A stretch of DNA of 64,000 nt from Pseudomonadota bacterium (GCA_043809315.1 JAZDDX010000015.1:21481-85480); one strand, 5' to 3'; positions 40,601 to 49,831 are shown, numbered from the stretch's first letter. Translations and numbers: made by a program. Notes: generated by a model not told the origin, from the letters alone.

Positions 40601-40745
40601 AATTGGGAACACAAAGGCAGCCGATGATCTTCTTGCACGGTATCGCGTCGTGCGCGAAAAGATGAAAGAGAAGATCCCAGAGAGATTCCACAAGGAGTTT
40701 GACGCTCATGCTTTGTTTCGAATTCCACCCAGAGATTCTCGATAG
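37602..40745 (+). CDS. STAND-like AAA ATPase with TPR region and degenerate N-terminal cyclase-like domain
   Basis: LIGRKTEL, Walker A GAPGIGKTRL, Walker B FEDLHWAD, GNPLFVEE, RFDRL, YQFTHDL, helical repeats. Confidence 0.85.
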   Translation: MERKRLFVVGVDGEPEQEGIPRDVFWVPAGSKGGVFVFGAKERSEDDAERALHFTLQFCDSPHRTIVKYVPVEISGERVSIGWENEIVPELKRIARGEVSVSSELAQIFERLFIFERVDEEKAELFLLRGDRRRPTRTRGLSSKYSRLIGRKTELERLAELVQQIQEDQGQVVALVGAPGIGKTRLKVEFKELMQQKKVEFFEGVHQFRIPEPYQGFRQIITALLDAHGTRLDGLGLSIAEFDYIEYLTKPERLPPGLTGLTEEDLRKGLFFAVRKLLHAVGKKPLVLLFEDLHWADPATCDLLEYLMEGVEQTKLLLVLIHRPEVKREWTKRLNYTEIEILPFVAKELEAFVKEAASVDLVPGTLISMLQSVSLGNPLFVEEVLRHLMESKRLEVETLSSREKLLAERGLDLSRVPSTIHSLIASRFDRLPTNLREALRWAAVLGVMFDYEEYVGILTAELGADAAKEISKLVELRYMDEKAAFPSHQYQFTHDLIHNVVLENIPEQEAKILHRKIGEFLRQMHQAPGFEILLRIAEHCLRGEDSKLAVETAVRAGEAALALYRFPQAEHLLSEALKRWKETNLPEVSVHSIYLPLVQVLLETADFETTEKLLEEWNTHNASASLEVTAEYWTCVMRLHVAQLKHEEAVAASEKALEVLDQLGERGERRYRIVENRLGELYSVARTREAVEEGKKALVEMGDRCSGVRLGIVGRLATFAAREGNASVALGHLKGAEDLLSPSMSPMVRSQYKVRASAVYEYLGMSGEERRVLDDAVEISKEAGLRGLYVQALSHRGSAANGWGDYVVSFRDLEEALVEARRMKSRGIAEYSLFCIVDNLLDVGALELAQIRWKEFKAEYPDPTELRQKGRRFALEASLAEALGQHEEACRWREQAGKIFGEMGDAAFELRCRFQILLYQTLGHLRPIDAIVADFNLLAKSAAEVKTPTTHFARRHAAYWLAAHGGHPDPRPEEDFDTLSCPVAYYLQYITVAKISWLNSIGNTKAADDLLARYRVVREKMKEKIPERFHKEFDAHALFRIPPRDSR

Positions 40746-40750
40746 AAACA

Positions 40751-40779
40751 AGAAAGGCTCGCGAATCGCGAGCCTTTCT
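40751..40779. terminator. Bidirectional intrinsic terminator between convergent genes
   Basis: AGAAAGGCTCGCG-AAT-CGCGAGCCTTTCT, perfect 13-bp stem. Confidence 0.85.
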
Positions 40780-40806
40780 CTAGCTGGGGGCTAGGTCTCT
40801 TTCTTA

Positions 40807-41226
40807 TTAGAAAGAGAGAGGCGTTAAGTTAATGTTGCTGACATTGGCGGTCTCGAAAGCGTATGAGAAGGCGCCTTTGTCATCGACGGAAACTGTAACT
40901 GCTTTGTCGCCGGCTTCGACTAAGACTGACCCGCAATCTGTGCAGGTTCCGGAGATCTGGACAGAGTACGAATCGCATTGCGGGACATTGCTCAATCGGT
41001 AGCTTCGTCCCCTTCCGCCACCGTCGATGGCAAGAGAGTTCAGGTATTGTTTTCCCCTTCCACCACCGTCAATGGCATTGGTCGCCAACGAATCGTTGGC
41101 GCTCGCACAGCTCGCCGTAATCGAGGTGGCGCTATCATCTAATTGGGCTAGGTTCGATACGTTCTGAGCGCACGCACCAACCAACCCAGTCAGAATCAGT
41201 GCCGCTAAGATCGCTGTGTTTTTCAT
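40807..41226 (-). CDS. Small lipoprotein with duplicated AIDGGGRG motif
   Basis: MKNTAILAALILTGLVGA-C lipobox; motif repeated at 45-nt spacing. Confidence 0.75.
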   Translation of the reverse strand: MKNTAILAALILTGLVGACAQNVSNLAQLDDSATSITASCASANDSLATNAIDGGGRGKQYLNSLAIDGGGRGRSYRLSNVPQCDSYSVQISGTCTDCGSVLVEAGDKAVTVSVDDKGAFSYAFETANVSNINLTPLSF

Positions 41227-41240
41227 GCCTCTGGGTATTT

Positions 41241-41255
41241 GCAAGACCTTTGCCA
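41241..41255 (-). promoter_or_regulatory. Putative sigma54 promoter
   Basis: Minus strand TGGCA-AAGGTC-TTGC (GG-N10-GC). Confidence 0.65.
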
Positions 41256-41453
41256 GATTTTGGTAGGCCCGCGCCCTACGTATGTGTTTGTTTTTACAAC
41301 GAAAACTAACATGGTCTTCCTGGATCCATTGGCGAACGCCAGGCTCGGGAACTTGAGTTCCCTAACGTTAGTTCCGGTGACCGTTTTTGCAGGTTTCGAG
41401 ACCTGGTTTCGGTTCACGTTTAGGTCTGTTGTTGGGGAAACTTTAGGGCAGGA

Positions 41454-42290
41454 CTACATTGGCCCACTGAGGGCGGAAGTAAGTTTCCGAAGTTGTTCCA
41501 ACGATAATGTTTCCGCCCGTGAGGCGGGATCGATCCTTGCTTCGGTAAGGGCCTTTGCCACCTGTTCCTTCGAGAACTGAGAGTCGAGAAGGGAGTTCCG
41601 GAGCGACTTCCGGCGATGTTGAAAGATCTTGGCGGTGATCTGCCGGAGCGCTTCTTGCTCTTCCACGGGGACGAGAGGGGTTTTTAGTGGAGTAAGCCGC
41701 ACCAGCCTCGATTCGACGTCCGGAGCCGGGAAAAAGCTTCCCGCTGAAATCGTCGGCCCTTTCTCCACCTCACAAAGTGCCTGCACCCAGATCGAGAGAC
41801 GACCGTAATCCTTCGTTCCGACGGTTCCCCCGAGACGATCGACCAGCTCGCTCTGGAAGAGGAGGCAGAAATCTCGGAAGAGAGGGAGGTGATCGAGGAG
41901 TTTTTCGAGGATCGGCGTGGAAATCGAATACGGGAGGTTCGAGACAACTCGGATTCCCGACGAGCTTGGGCTCGTGATGATTTTACTGACGTCGTATTCC
42001 AGGACATCAGCATGAATCACCACGAGCCCAAGTTCGTTGGCAAAGCGTTCCTTTAGGATTTCAACCAACCGGGCATCTTTTTCGACCGCCCAGACTTTGC
42101 ACCCGGCTCGGAGAAGCTCCTCGGTCATTGCCCCCAAACCGGGGCCAATCTCGAGGACACAGTCCCCGTTTTCGACCCCGGCCCAACGGACGATCTTCTG
42201 CGCGGTGCTCGAATGAATGAGAAAATTCTGCCCCAGCTTTCGCGAGGGGCGGATCTGTTTTTCTCTCAGATGCTCGATCCAGGAACTCAT
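41454..42290 (-). CDS. rsmA: 16S rRNA dimethyladenosine transferase
   Basis: KLGQNFL, VLEIGPGLG, SNLPYSIST, YGRLS, F.P.P.VES. Confidence 0.96.
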   Translation of the reverse strand: MSSWIEHLREKQIRPSRKLGQNFLIHSSTAQKIVRWAGVENGDCVLEIGPGLGAMTEELLRAGCKVWAVEKDARLVEILKERFANELGLVVIHADVLEYDVSKIITSPSSSGIRVVSNLPYSISTPILEKLLDHLPLFRDFCLLFQSELVDRLGGTVGTKDYGRLSIWVQALCEVEKGPTISAGSFFPAPDVESRLVRLTPLKTPLVPVEEQEALRQITAKIFQHRRKSLRNSLLDSQFSKEQVAKALTEARIDPASRAETLSLEQLRKLTSALSGPM

Positions 42291-43285
42291 GGCGGGATCG
42301 GCATCGTCGCCTGCGCGTTGAGCGTCAGGTCGTCCCGGTCCCCGCGTTTGAGTCGGGCGGTTCCGGCCGCCGCGATCATCGCCGCATTGTCGGTGCAGAA
42401 CTCGAACGGTGTCAAATGGAGTCTCGCATTCCACTTCGTCGCCTCCTGTTCCAGGCGCTCTCGAATCCTCCGGTTCCGGGCGACGCCGCCGGCGACGACG
42501 AGGTTCCGGATCCCGTGCATGTCGGCCGCCTCGAAGAGACGGGAGACCAGGACATCGACCACCGCCTCCTGGAAACTGGCGGTAAGATCGGCCATCCCTT
42601 TCCCTTCCGGCAAACCATGTTCGCGGACCCATTGCGCCACGGAAGTCTTGACCCCGCTGAAGCTGAAATCGAAGCCCGGCAGGGATGCGCGTGGAAACCG
42701 GACGGCGTCCCGACGCCCCTTCCCCGCCGCCCGCTCGATCGCCGGTCCCCCGGGAAACCCGAGCCCGAGGAGCTTTCCGACCTTATCAAACGCTTCCCCG
42801 GCCGCGTCGTCCCTCGATTGACCGATCAACTGAAAGATCCCGGCCACCGGAAGTTTGTAGAGATTGGTATGCCCGCCCGAAACGACGAGACCGATCATCG
42901 GATACTCCGGGGTCGCCTCCCCCAGGAGCGCCGCCGCCATATGCCCTTCGATGTGATGAACCCCCACGAACGGGATGTTCCGGGCGAATGCGATCGCTTT
43001 GGCGGTGGAGAGGCCCACGAGCAGCGAACCGATCAATCCCGGGCCGCGCGTGACGGCGATCCCGTCGATCCGGCCCAGATCGACGCCGGCGTCGTGCAAC
43101 GCTTTTTCGATAACGGGGATGACCGCCGCAACGTGATTTCGGGAGGCGATCTCCGGGACCACCCCGCCGTACAGCGCGTGAATCTGCTCCTGGCTCGCGA
43201 CGACGGAGGAGAGGAGCCGACGGCTGTCCTCGAGGACGGCGGCGGCGGTCTCGTCGCACGAGCTCTCGATTCCCAGAACCAGCAT
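42287..43285 (-). CDS. tsaD: tRNA N6-adenosine threonylcarbamoyltransferase
   Basis: LGIESSCDETA, GGVVPEIASRNH, HHIEGH, SGGHT, DDAAGEAFDK, CTDNAAMIA. Confidence 0.97.
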   Translation of the reverse strand: MLVLGIESSCDETAAAVLEDSRRLLSSVVASQEQIHALYGGVVPEIASRNHVAAVIPVIEKALHDAGVDLGRIDGIAVTRGPGLIGSLLVGLSTAKAIAFARNIPFVGVHHIEGHMAAALLGEATPEYPMIGLVVSGGHTNLYKLPVAGIFQLIGQSRDDAAGEAFDKVGKLLGLGFPGGPAIERAAGKGRRDAVRFPRASLPGFDFSFSGVKTSVAQWVREHGLPEGKGMADLTASFQEAVVDVLVSRLFEAADMHGIRNLVVAGGVARNRRIRERLEQEATKWNARLHLTPFEFCTDNAAMIAAAGTARLKRGDRDDLTLNAQATMPIPP

Positions 43286-43298
43286 GTCGGTAAGGTCC

Positions 43299-44147
43299 TT
43301 ACTTCTTTGGTCCGGACGCGGCAAGCTTCTCGAGGCGCTCGGCCGCTTTGGCGGCGGTAGCGGTTTTCGGGCACCGATCTCCGACCTCACCCAGGAAAAG
43401 CTTCGCTTTTCCCGCCTCCTTGAGTTCCATGAACGCCATCCCTTGCTTGAGGAGCGCGTCGCACACCTTGTCGTCCTTCGGATATTTCTCGACGACCGTC
43501 TGATACTCCGAAATCGACCGGGCGTAATCCCCCTTTGCATAATACGCCTCGCCGATCCAGTACTGCGCACCCGCAGCGAGGGGGCTCTTGGGGTGATCCA
43601 GGATGAATTCATGGAACTGTTCGGCGGCGTCGTCGTACTTCTTTTTCTTGATGAGAAGCATCCGGATCGTCTCGTACCGGGCTTTTTCGTCTTCCGGCCC
43701 AGCCTTACCGCGCGACCGGCTCTTCACCGGCGGGGTGTCGATACGGAGCACCTGCTGCTGCAACTCCGACACCTTCTGGTCGAGTTCCGTGATCCGCGTG
43801 TCGAAATCCTCCCGGACCTTCTGGTCGGTCTGGTTCGCCTGATCGGTCTGATGCGCAAGGACGTTCACCGATCCGTTCAAGGCCTTGACCTCGGTCCGAA
43901 GATCCTCGACCGAGACGGAGAGGTCGGCGCGTCCCTGACGGTTGTTCTTCTCACTCTCCTCGATCGCACGGTGCTGGAGTTCGACCGCCTTCTCCAGCTT
44001 GCCCATCCGGACGTTCAGATAGTCGACCTTCGAGCTCAAATCCGAGAGCTCGGATTCCACCGTCGCCTTTGGGGTGGAAGGCTGGCACGCGGCGACTCCC
44101 GCTGCGAGAACCGCCGCGATCCAGACCAAGGTTCGTTTATCGTTCAA
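43299..44147 (-). CDS. cpoB: Tol-Pal system protein YbgF/CpoB
   Basis: Lipobox-like signal, coiled coil, TPRs (AQYWIGEAYY, DALLKQG); directly downstream of pal. Confidence 0.88.
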   Translation of the reverse strand: MNDKRTLVWIAAVLAAGVAACQPSTPKATVESELSDLSSKVDYLNVRMGKLEKAVELQHRAIEESEKNNRQGRADLSVSVEDLRTEVKALNGSVNVLAHQTDQANQTDQKVREDFDTRITELDQKVSELQQQVLRIDTPPVKSRSRGKAGPEDEKARYETIRMLLIKKKKYDDAAEQFHEFILDHPKSPLAAGAQYWIGEAYYAKGDYARSISEYQTVVEKYPKDDKVCDALLKQGMAFMELKEAGKAKLFLGEVGDRCPKTATAAKAAERLEKLAASGPKK

Positions 44148-44649
44148 CCGTCAACTCAGCCCGGCGGTTCTTGGCCCAAGCCGCTTCGGAGTGACCGGAA
44201 TCAAACGGACGTTCTTTGCCGTAGCTCACCGTCGTCAGCCGTTTTCCATCCACACCCAGAGTCCGGAGGTAGCTCTTCACCGCTTGCGCCCGTCGTTCGC
44301 CCAGGGCCAGGTTGTACTCGCTGCTCCCCCGTTCATCGCAGTGTCCCTCGATCGACACCGAGTTCGTGCCGTTCTTGAGCCCCTCGGCCGCTCGCTTGAG
44401 CGGATCCTTGGCGTCCGAGCGGACCACGGCCTGATCGTAGTCGAAGTAGACGATCGGGAGTCCGGCGGACGATCCGGCGCCCGTCGTTCCGATTCCGGTG
44501 CCGGTCTCGCCCAGAGGAGCGGGTGCGCCGGGATCTGTTCCGGCCGTTCCGGCAGCAGCCCCCTCCGGCCCCTTCTTGCTGGCACAGGCCCCGGCAGAGA
44601 GCGCGAGCGTGAGAGCGATCAACGAAACCCACAATCTATTGCGAACCAT
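44137..44649 (-). CDS. pal: Peptidoglycan-associated lipoprotein
   Basis: Lipobox, VYFDYD, IEGHCDERGSSEYNLALGERRA, SYGKERP, NRRAE. Confidence 0.96.
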   Translation of the reverse strand: MVRNRLWVSLIALTLALSAGACASKKGPEGAAAGTAGTDPGAPAPLGETGTGIGTTGAGSSAGLPIVYFDYDQAVVRSDAKDPLKRAAEGLKNGTNSVSIEGHCDERGSSEYNLALGERRAQAVKSYLRTLGVDGKRLTTVSYGKERPFDSGHSEAAWAKNRRAELTVER

Positions 44650-44721
44650 GGTTTCCTCCTAAGCAGTTAAATTCGTTGTGGAAACTAAGAAATGCGGGAC
44701 GACTTGTCAACCACTTTTCCC

Positions 44722-44750
44722 TTGCGTCCCCGTCTGCGCGCCTCTATATT
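44722..44750 (+). promoter_or_regulatory. sigma70 promoter of the nusA operon
   Basis: TTGCGT, 17-nt spacer, TATATT. Confidence 0.6.
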
Positions 44751-44759
44751 CCGACGCCG

Positions 44760-44789
44760 AAGTGGGCCCGCAAGCCCGCTTTTTTTATT
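44760..44789 (+). promoter_or_regulatory. rimP-leader-type attenuator hairpin
   Basis: AAGTGGGC-CCGCAA-GCCCGCTT followed by a U tract, in the 5' leader of nusA-infB. Confidence 0.65.
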
Positions 44790-44822
44790 CTTTAGTTTTT
44801 TTACAAAGAGGGAAGTCGCGAG

Positions 44823-46157
44823 ATGGGAATGTTTAAAGGACTCAACCGGGAGATCGAGCAGCTCGCCCGGGATAAAGGGATCAAGAAGGAACTGATCATC
44901 GATGCAGTTCAGAGCGCTTTCTTGTCCGCGGCCCGGAAGCGGTTCGGTCTCGAGAAGGAGATCGAGGCGCAGTACAACGAAAAAGACGAGGAGATCGAGC
45001 TTTTCGAATTTTTGAGCGTGGTCGAGAAGACGTCCGACCCGCTCAAGGAGATCTCGTTTGATGAGGCCCGGAAACACGATCCGGATTGCCAGCTCGGCGA
45101 CGTGATCGGTCTCAAAATGAACTCGGAGGAACTGGGACGAATCGCCGCGCAGACCGCGAAGCAGGTGATCATCCAGAAGATTCGCGACGCCGAAACCGAG
45201 ATCATCTTCGGCGAGTACAAAGACCGGAAGGGGACGTTGATCGCGGGGATCGTCCGGCGATTCGAAAAAGGGAACCTTGTGATCGATCTCGGTCGGACCG
45301 AGGCGATTCTCCCGATGTCGGAGCAGGTGCCGCGCGAGCATTTCCGCGCCGGCGACAGGATCCAGACCTACGTCGTCGACATCGTCAAAACCCCACGCGG
45401 CGCCGAGATCATCGTCTCCCGCGCGCACACCGGGTTGTTGGTCAAGTTGTTCGAGAACGAAGTCCCCGAGATCTACGAAGGGATCGTCCGGATCGAGTCG
45501 GCGGCCCGGGAGCCGGGAGGGCGCGCGAAGATCGCCGTCGCTTCGAAAGACTCCGACGTCGACCCGGTCGGCGCCTGCGTCGGCATGAAGGGATCCCGCG
45601 TGCAGGCGGTGGTCCAGGAACTGCGCGGCGAGAAGATCGACATCGTGGCCTGGAGCCTCGATGCGGCCCGGTACGTCTGCAATGCGATCGCGCCGGCCGA
45701 AGTTTCACGCGTGCTTCTCGACGAGAAGAACAAGGCGATGGAGTTGATCGTCGCGGACGACCAGCTGTCGCTCGCGATCGGCAAAAAAGGGCAGAACGTT
45801 CGTCTGGCCGCCCGTTTGACCGGCTGGAGGATCGACATCCACAGTGAGACGAAGATCAAGCAGATGGGGGATGAGGCGAAAGCGCGCCTTTCCCGCATCG
45901 AGGGGGTCAGCGAGAATCTCGCGGAACTCCTTTACGCCCAGGGGGTGACGAGCGCCGAGGAGTTGCTGGTGAACGCGACGGATCAGATCGCTCAGATCAC
46001 CGGATTGGGCGCTCCCAAGATCGAGGAATTGAAACAGGCCGCCACCCGCTGGATGGAAACGGCAAAGGAAGAGGCGGCCGCGCAAGCGGCGGCGAAAGTG
46101 CAGGCGGAAGCCAGCGCGACCCCCGAGGGCGTGGTGTCGATCGAGGCTGCGAAGTAA
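44823..46157 (+). CDS. nusA: Transcription termination/antitermination factor NusA
   Basis: [50 protein letters not shown]. Confidence 0.98.
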   Translation: MGMFKGLNREIEQLARDKGIKKELIIDAVQSAFLSAARKRFGLEKEIEAQYNEKDEEIELFEFLSVVEKTSDPLKEISFDEARKHDPDCQLGDVIGLKMNSEELGRIAAQTAKQVIIQKIRDAETEIIFGEYKDRKGTLIAGIVRRFEKGNLVIDLGRTEAILPMSEQVPREHFRAGDRIQTYVVDIVKTPRGAEIIVSRAHTGLLVKLFENEVPEIYEGIVRIESAAREPGGRAKIAVASKDSDVDPVGACVGMKGSRVQAVVQELRGEKIDIVAWSLDAARYVCNAIAPAEVSRVLLDEKNKAMELIVADDQLSLAIGKKGQNVRLAARLTGWRIDIHSETKIKQMGDEAKARLSRIEGVSENLAELLYAQGVTSAEELLVNATDQIAQITGLGAPKIEELKQAATRWMETAKEEAAAQAAAKVQAEASATPEGVVSIEAAK

Positions 46158-46166
46158 GGGAGGAAC

Positions 46167-48527
46167 GTGGATAAGGTGGAGAACAAACCGGGCGAGGCGG
46201 CAGCGCCGCACACCCTGATGACGGAGGAACGGGTGACCAAGAAGGTCATCCGCCGCAGAACTGCGTCCCCTCCGCCTCCTCCACAGCCGGAAGCCACTCC
46301 TCCGCCTGCGTCGGTGGAGGTCGCGCCGCCACCCGCATCCGAAGTTGTCGAACCCCAGGCTCCCGTCGTAGAGCCGACTCCCGAGTCGGCCTCGGCGGAA
46401 GAGACCGCCGTCTCCCCGGCCGCGGATACGGAGGAAACCGTTTCGGTGGACGGGGCAGCCCCGCAAGCTCCAGCGGAGGAAAGTCCGTACCTTCCTAAAT
46501 ATCGGCGGATCAAGGTGATGTCGGCCGCGAGCCAACCCGAACCGGCAGGGCCCCGCCTGGTCCAGGCGGCGCCTCCGAAGCCGGAAACTCCGCGCGCCGT
46601 CGAAGCCCTTCTGGCCAACCCCGGGGCGATCGGTCTCGGTCGGAAAGAGATCATCGAGATCCGGGATTACAACCGCCTGAAAGGTGCGGGGGCCCGCAAG
46701 AAGCGGATGACGACGGGCAAGAAGGGGAAGAAGACGGAGATCACCGTTCCGCGCGCGGCCAAGAGGATCATCCGGATCAGCGACGCCGTCACCGTTTCCG
46801 ATCTCGCCCGGAAAATGAGCGTCAAGGCGGGGGAGGTGATTCAGAAGCTGATGGGGATGGGGACGATGGTCACCATCAACCAGGCGATCGACGTCGATAC
46901 CGCCACACTTGTCTCCGCCGAATTCGGATTCGAGATCGAAAACGTGGCAATGGCGCCGGACGATATCCTTCTCGAGCAGGAAAAAGAGGAAGTCGGGAAA
47001 CCCGAGGATGTGAAGATCCGGCCGCCGATCGTGACGATCATGGGTCACGTCGACCACGGGAAAACGAGCCTTCTGGACGCCATCCGCAAGACGGATGTCG
47101 TGGCCGGGGAGGCGGGAGGAATCACGCAGCATATCGGTGCCTACACGGTCAAGACCGAGGCCGGTCGGCCCGTGACGTTCATTGACACTCCGGGGCACGA
47201 GGCGTTCACCGCCATGCGGGCCCGCGGCGCGAAGGTGACCGATCTCGTGGTGCTGGTGGTCGCCGCCGACGACGGGGTGATGCCGCAGACGAAGGAAGCG
47301 GTGAACCACGCGCAGAACGCGAACGTGCCGATCCTGGTGGCGATCAACAAGATGGACAAGCCGGGAGCGAACCCGGAGAAGATCAAGAAGGCGCTCACCG
47401 AGTTCAAGATGGTTCCGGAAGAGTGGGGGGGGGAGACGATCTTCGTAAACGTCTCCGCGAAGACCGGATCCGGAATCCCCGAGCTTCTCGACTACATTCT
47501 GCTCCGGGCCGATGTCCTGGAACTGCGGGCGAATCCGAAACGTCTTGCCAAGGGTGTTGTTATCGAAGCCGAACTCGACAAACGCCGGGGGCCGGTGATG
47601 ACCGCCCTCGTGCAGGACGGAACCCTGAAAGAAGGGGATGTCTTTGTCGTCGGATCTGAGGTTGGCCGCGTTCGGGCGATGCGGGACGACAAAGGGGCCA
47701 AGGTCCGGGAGGCCGGACCGGCGATGGCGGTCGAGGTGATGGGGCTTCCGGCGATGGTTTCGGCGGGAGACAGTTTTGCGGTCGTTGCGGACGAGAAAAA
47801 GGCGAAGCAGATCTCCGCGCTCCGGAAAAACATCCAAAAAGAGCAGGATACGGCGAAGAGTGCCAAGGTTTCCCTCTCGGACCTCTATCAGAAAATCGAG
47901 CTGGGAGATGTGAAGGAGCTAAGGGTCGTTGTCAAAGCCGACACCTCCGGTTCGGTCGAAGCGTTGACCGAGGCGCTCCAGAAGCTCTCGACGCCGAAGG
48001 TCTCCGTGAAAGTGATCCACGGCCTGGTGGGTGGGATTTCCGAGAACGACATCATGCTGGCCAAGGCGGCCGTGGCTGTCATCGTCGGATTCCACATCCG
48101 CCCCGACAGCGCAATGACGGCGATGGCGGAGCAGCAGCGGGTCGAGATCCGCACGTACGACATCATCTACGAACTGACGGAGGATCTGACCAAGGCGATG
48201 GCCGGGCTCCTCGCGCCGAAGAAGGTCGAATCGGTCCAGGGGCATGCTCAGGTCCGTCAGATCTTCACGATCCCGAAGATCGGGAACGTCGCGGGGTGCG
48301 GGGTGACCGACGGGAAGATCCTTAGGTCCTCCCACGTTCGCCTGATCCGGGACAGCGTCCCGATCTACACCGGGACAATCAAGTCGCTCCGGCGGTTCAA
48401 AGACGACGTGCGTGAAGTGACGAACGGCCAGGAGTGCGGCATCGGGATCGAGAACTTCAACGACATTAAGGTCGACGATGTGATCGAGGCGTTTGGCATC
48501 GAAGAGGTGAGCGCTACCCTTACCTAA
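46167..48527 (+). CDS. infB: Translation initiation factor IF-2
   Basis: RPPIVTIMGHVDHGKT, GGITQHIGAY, DTPGHEAF, NKMD. Confidence 0.98.
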   Translation: MDKVENKPGEAAAPHTLMTEERVTKKVIRRRTASPPPPPQPEATPPPASVEVAPPPASEVVEPQAPVVEPTPESASAEETAVSPAADTEETVSVDGAAPQAPAEESPYLPKYRRIKVMSAASQPEPAGPRLVQAAPPKPETPRAVEALLANPGAIGLGRKEIIEIRDYNRLKGAGARKKRMTTGKKGKKTEITVPRAAKRIIRISDAVTVSDLARKMSVKAGEVIQKLMGMGTMVTINQAIDVDTATLVSAEFGFEIENVAMAPDDILLEQEKEEVGKPEDVKIRPPIVTIMGHVDHGKTSLLDAIRKTDVVAGEAGGITQHIGAYTVKTEAGRPVTFIDTPGHEAFTAMRARGAKVTDLVVLVVAADDGVMPQTKEAVNHAQNANVPILVAINKMDKPGANPEKIKKALTEFKMVPEEWGGETIFVNVSAKTGSGIPELLDYILLRADVLELRANPKRLAKGVVIEAELDKRRGPVMTALVQDGTLKEGDVFVVGSEVGRVRAMRDDKGAKVREAGPAMAVEVMGLPAMVSAGDSFAVVADEKKAKQISALRKNIQKEQDTAKSAKVSLSDLYQKIELGDVKELRVVVKADTSGSVEALTEALQKLSTPKVSVKVIHGLVGGISENDIMLAKAAVAVIVGFHIRPDSAMTAMAEQQRVEIRTYDIIYELTEDLTKAMAGLLAPKKVESVQGHAQVRQIFTIPKIGNVAGCGVTDGKILRSSHVRLIRDSVPIYTGTIKSLRRFKDDVREVTNGQECGIGIENFNDIKVDDVIEAFGIEEVSATLT

Positions 48528-48551
48528 CCAGTTGGGATCGCGGGAAATTCT

Positions 48552-48914
48552 GTGCCGGGACGGCGCCCCTATAATCGAATGGATCGGGTGTCCGACGTTC
48601 TCCGTCGGATCGTCTCAGAGACGATCTCTTCCCGCGTCCATCATCGCGGGCTGGAAGGGGTCACGGTGACCGACGTCACGGTGACCGCCGATATCCGGCA
48701 CGCCAAGGTCTATTACCGGGTCCTGGATCCCTCAACTCGCGTAGAAGTGGCGCGGGCGCTGAAGAAATCGGCCTATCTCTTCCAAAGGCAGTTGAATCAA
48801 GAGCTTCAGACGAGGTATATTCCGCACCTGACGTTTGAGTACGACGAGACGCTGGAACGCGGGATGCACATCGAGAGCCTGCTGAAGTCGGTCCGAAAAA
48901 ACGAGGAGGAGTAA
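48552..48914 (+). CDS. rbfA: Ribosome-binding factor A
   Basis: RMDRV, VTVTDV.VT.D..HAKVY, RYIPHLTFEYD; position after infB. Confidence 0.92.
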   Translation: MPGRRPYNRMDRVSDVLRRIVSETISSRVHHRGLEGVTVTDVTVTADIRHAKVYYRVLDPSTRVEVARALKKSAYLFQRQLNQELQTRYIPHLTFEYDETLERGMHIESLLKSVRKNEEE

Positions 48915-48919
48915 GCCGT

Positions 48920-49822
48920 ATGAACGGTGTTCTTCTGATCGACAAGGAGCGGGGCATCACCTCTCACGATGTGGTCGACCGGTTGCGGGATGTGACTGGT
49001 ACGGACCGGATCGGTCATGCCGGGACGCTCGACCCCGACGCTACCGGTCTCCTGGTGATGTGTCTCGGCCCCGCCACCAAAATCAGCTCCCTCCTGATGG
49101 ACGGCGACAAGAGTTACGAAGTGAGCTTTCAGCTCGGGGTCGAAACCGACAGCTTCGATTCGACCGGAACCGTCGTTTCCGAACGCCCAGTCCAGATCAC
49201 CGAAAACCAGCTACGAGAGGTCTTGCGCGATTTTGTCGGGGTCCAGCTGCAAAAGCCCCCGAAGTTTTCCGCGGTCAAGGTCAAGGGGAAGAAGCTGTAC
49301 GAATACGCCCGGAAGGGGATTGAGACGGAAGTGGCCCCCAGGGAGATCACGATCTACTCGATCGAACTCAAGCAGTTCAAAGCTCCGTACGGGACCCTTA
49401 CGATCGATTGCTCGAAGGGGACGTACGTTCGCGCGCTGGTTCACGATTTGGGGCAGTGCCTCGGGTCGTGCGCCATCACGACGTCGATCCGGCGGACCCG
49501 GAGCGGGTATCTGGATGTGACCGAGGCGAAGACGCTCCGGGAGATCGAGGCTTCCCAAGATCCGGCCGAAGCGGTCCGATCGAGCCTGATGCCGATCTCA
49601 AAAGCTTTGAGTGGTCTCCCGACCTTGCGGGTCTGCGATTGTGTGGCCCCCCGGGTCCTTCAAGGGGCCGGAATCCGCCCCTCCGACATGTCGGTATGCA
49701 AGTGGATCACCCCGGCGTCCGGGCGGCTGGAGTCGGTTTTAATGGTCGCGGATACCGGTGAGGCGCTGGCGCTCGGGTCGTACGACGGAGTCTCCTCCGT
49801 TCGTGTCAAACGTGTGTTCTGA
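48920..49822 (+). CDS. truB: tRNA pseudouridine(55) synthase
   Basis: IDKERGITSHDVV, GHAGTLDPDATG, CSKGTYVRAL. Confidence 0.96.
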   Translation: MNGVLLIDKERGITSHDVVDRLRDVTGTDRIGHAGTLDPDATGLLVMCLGPATKISSLLMDGDKSYEVSFQLGVETDSFDSTGTVVSERPVQITENQLREVLRDFVGVQLQKPPKFSAVKVKGKKLYEYARKGIETEVAPREITIYSIELKQFKAPYGTLTIDCSKGTYVRALVHDLGQCLGSCAITTSIRRTRSGYLDVTEAKTLREIEASQDPAEAVRSSLMPISKALSGLPTLRVCDCVAPRVLQGAGIRPSDMSVCKWITPASGRLESVLMVADTGEALALGSYDGVSSVRVKRVF

Positions 49823-49831
49823 TTATCGGAT

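Noticed and set aside
41454-43612. Long N-terminal extensions on rsmA and tsaD in the ORF track
   Set aside because: They overlap upstream genes in other frames; conserved starts are 42290 and 43285.
45705-47837. 710-aa antisense ORF over nusA/infB, and similar long antisense ORFs over AldDH, phoH, eno, tsaD and pnp
   Set aside because: Expected from high-GC codon bias; no motifs and fully opposite well-supported genes.
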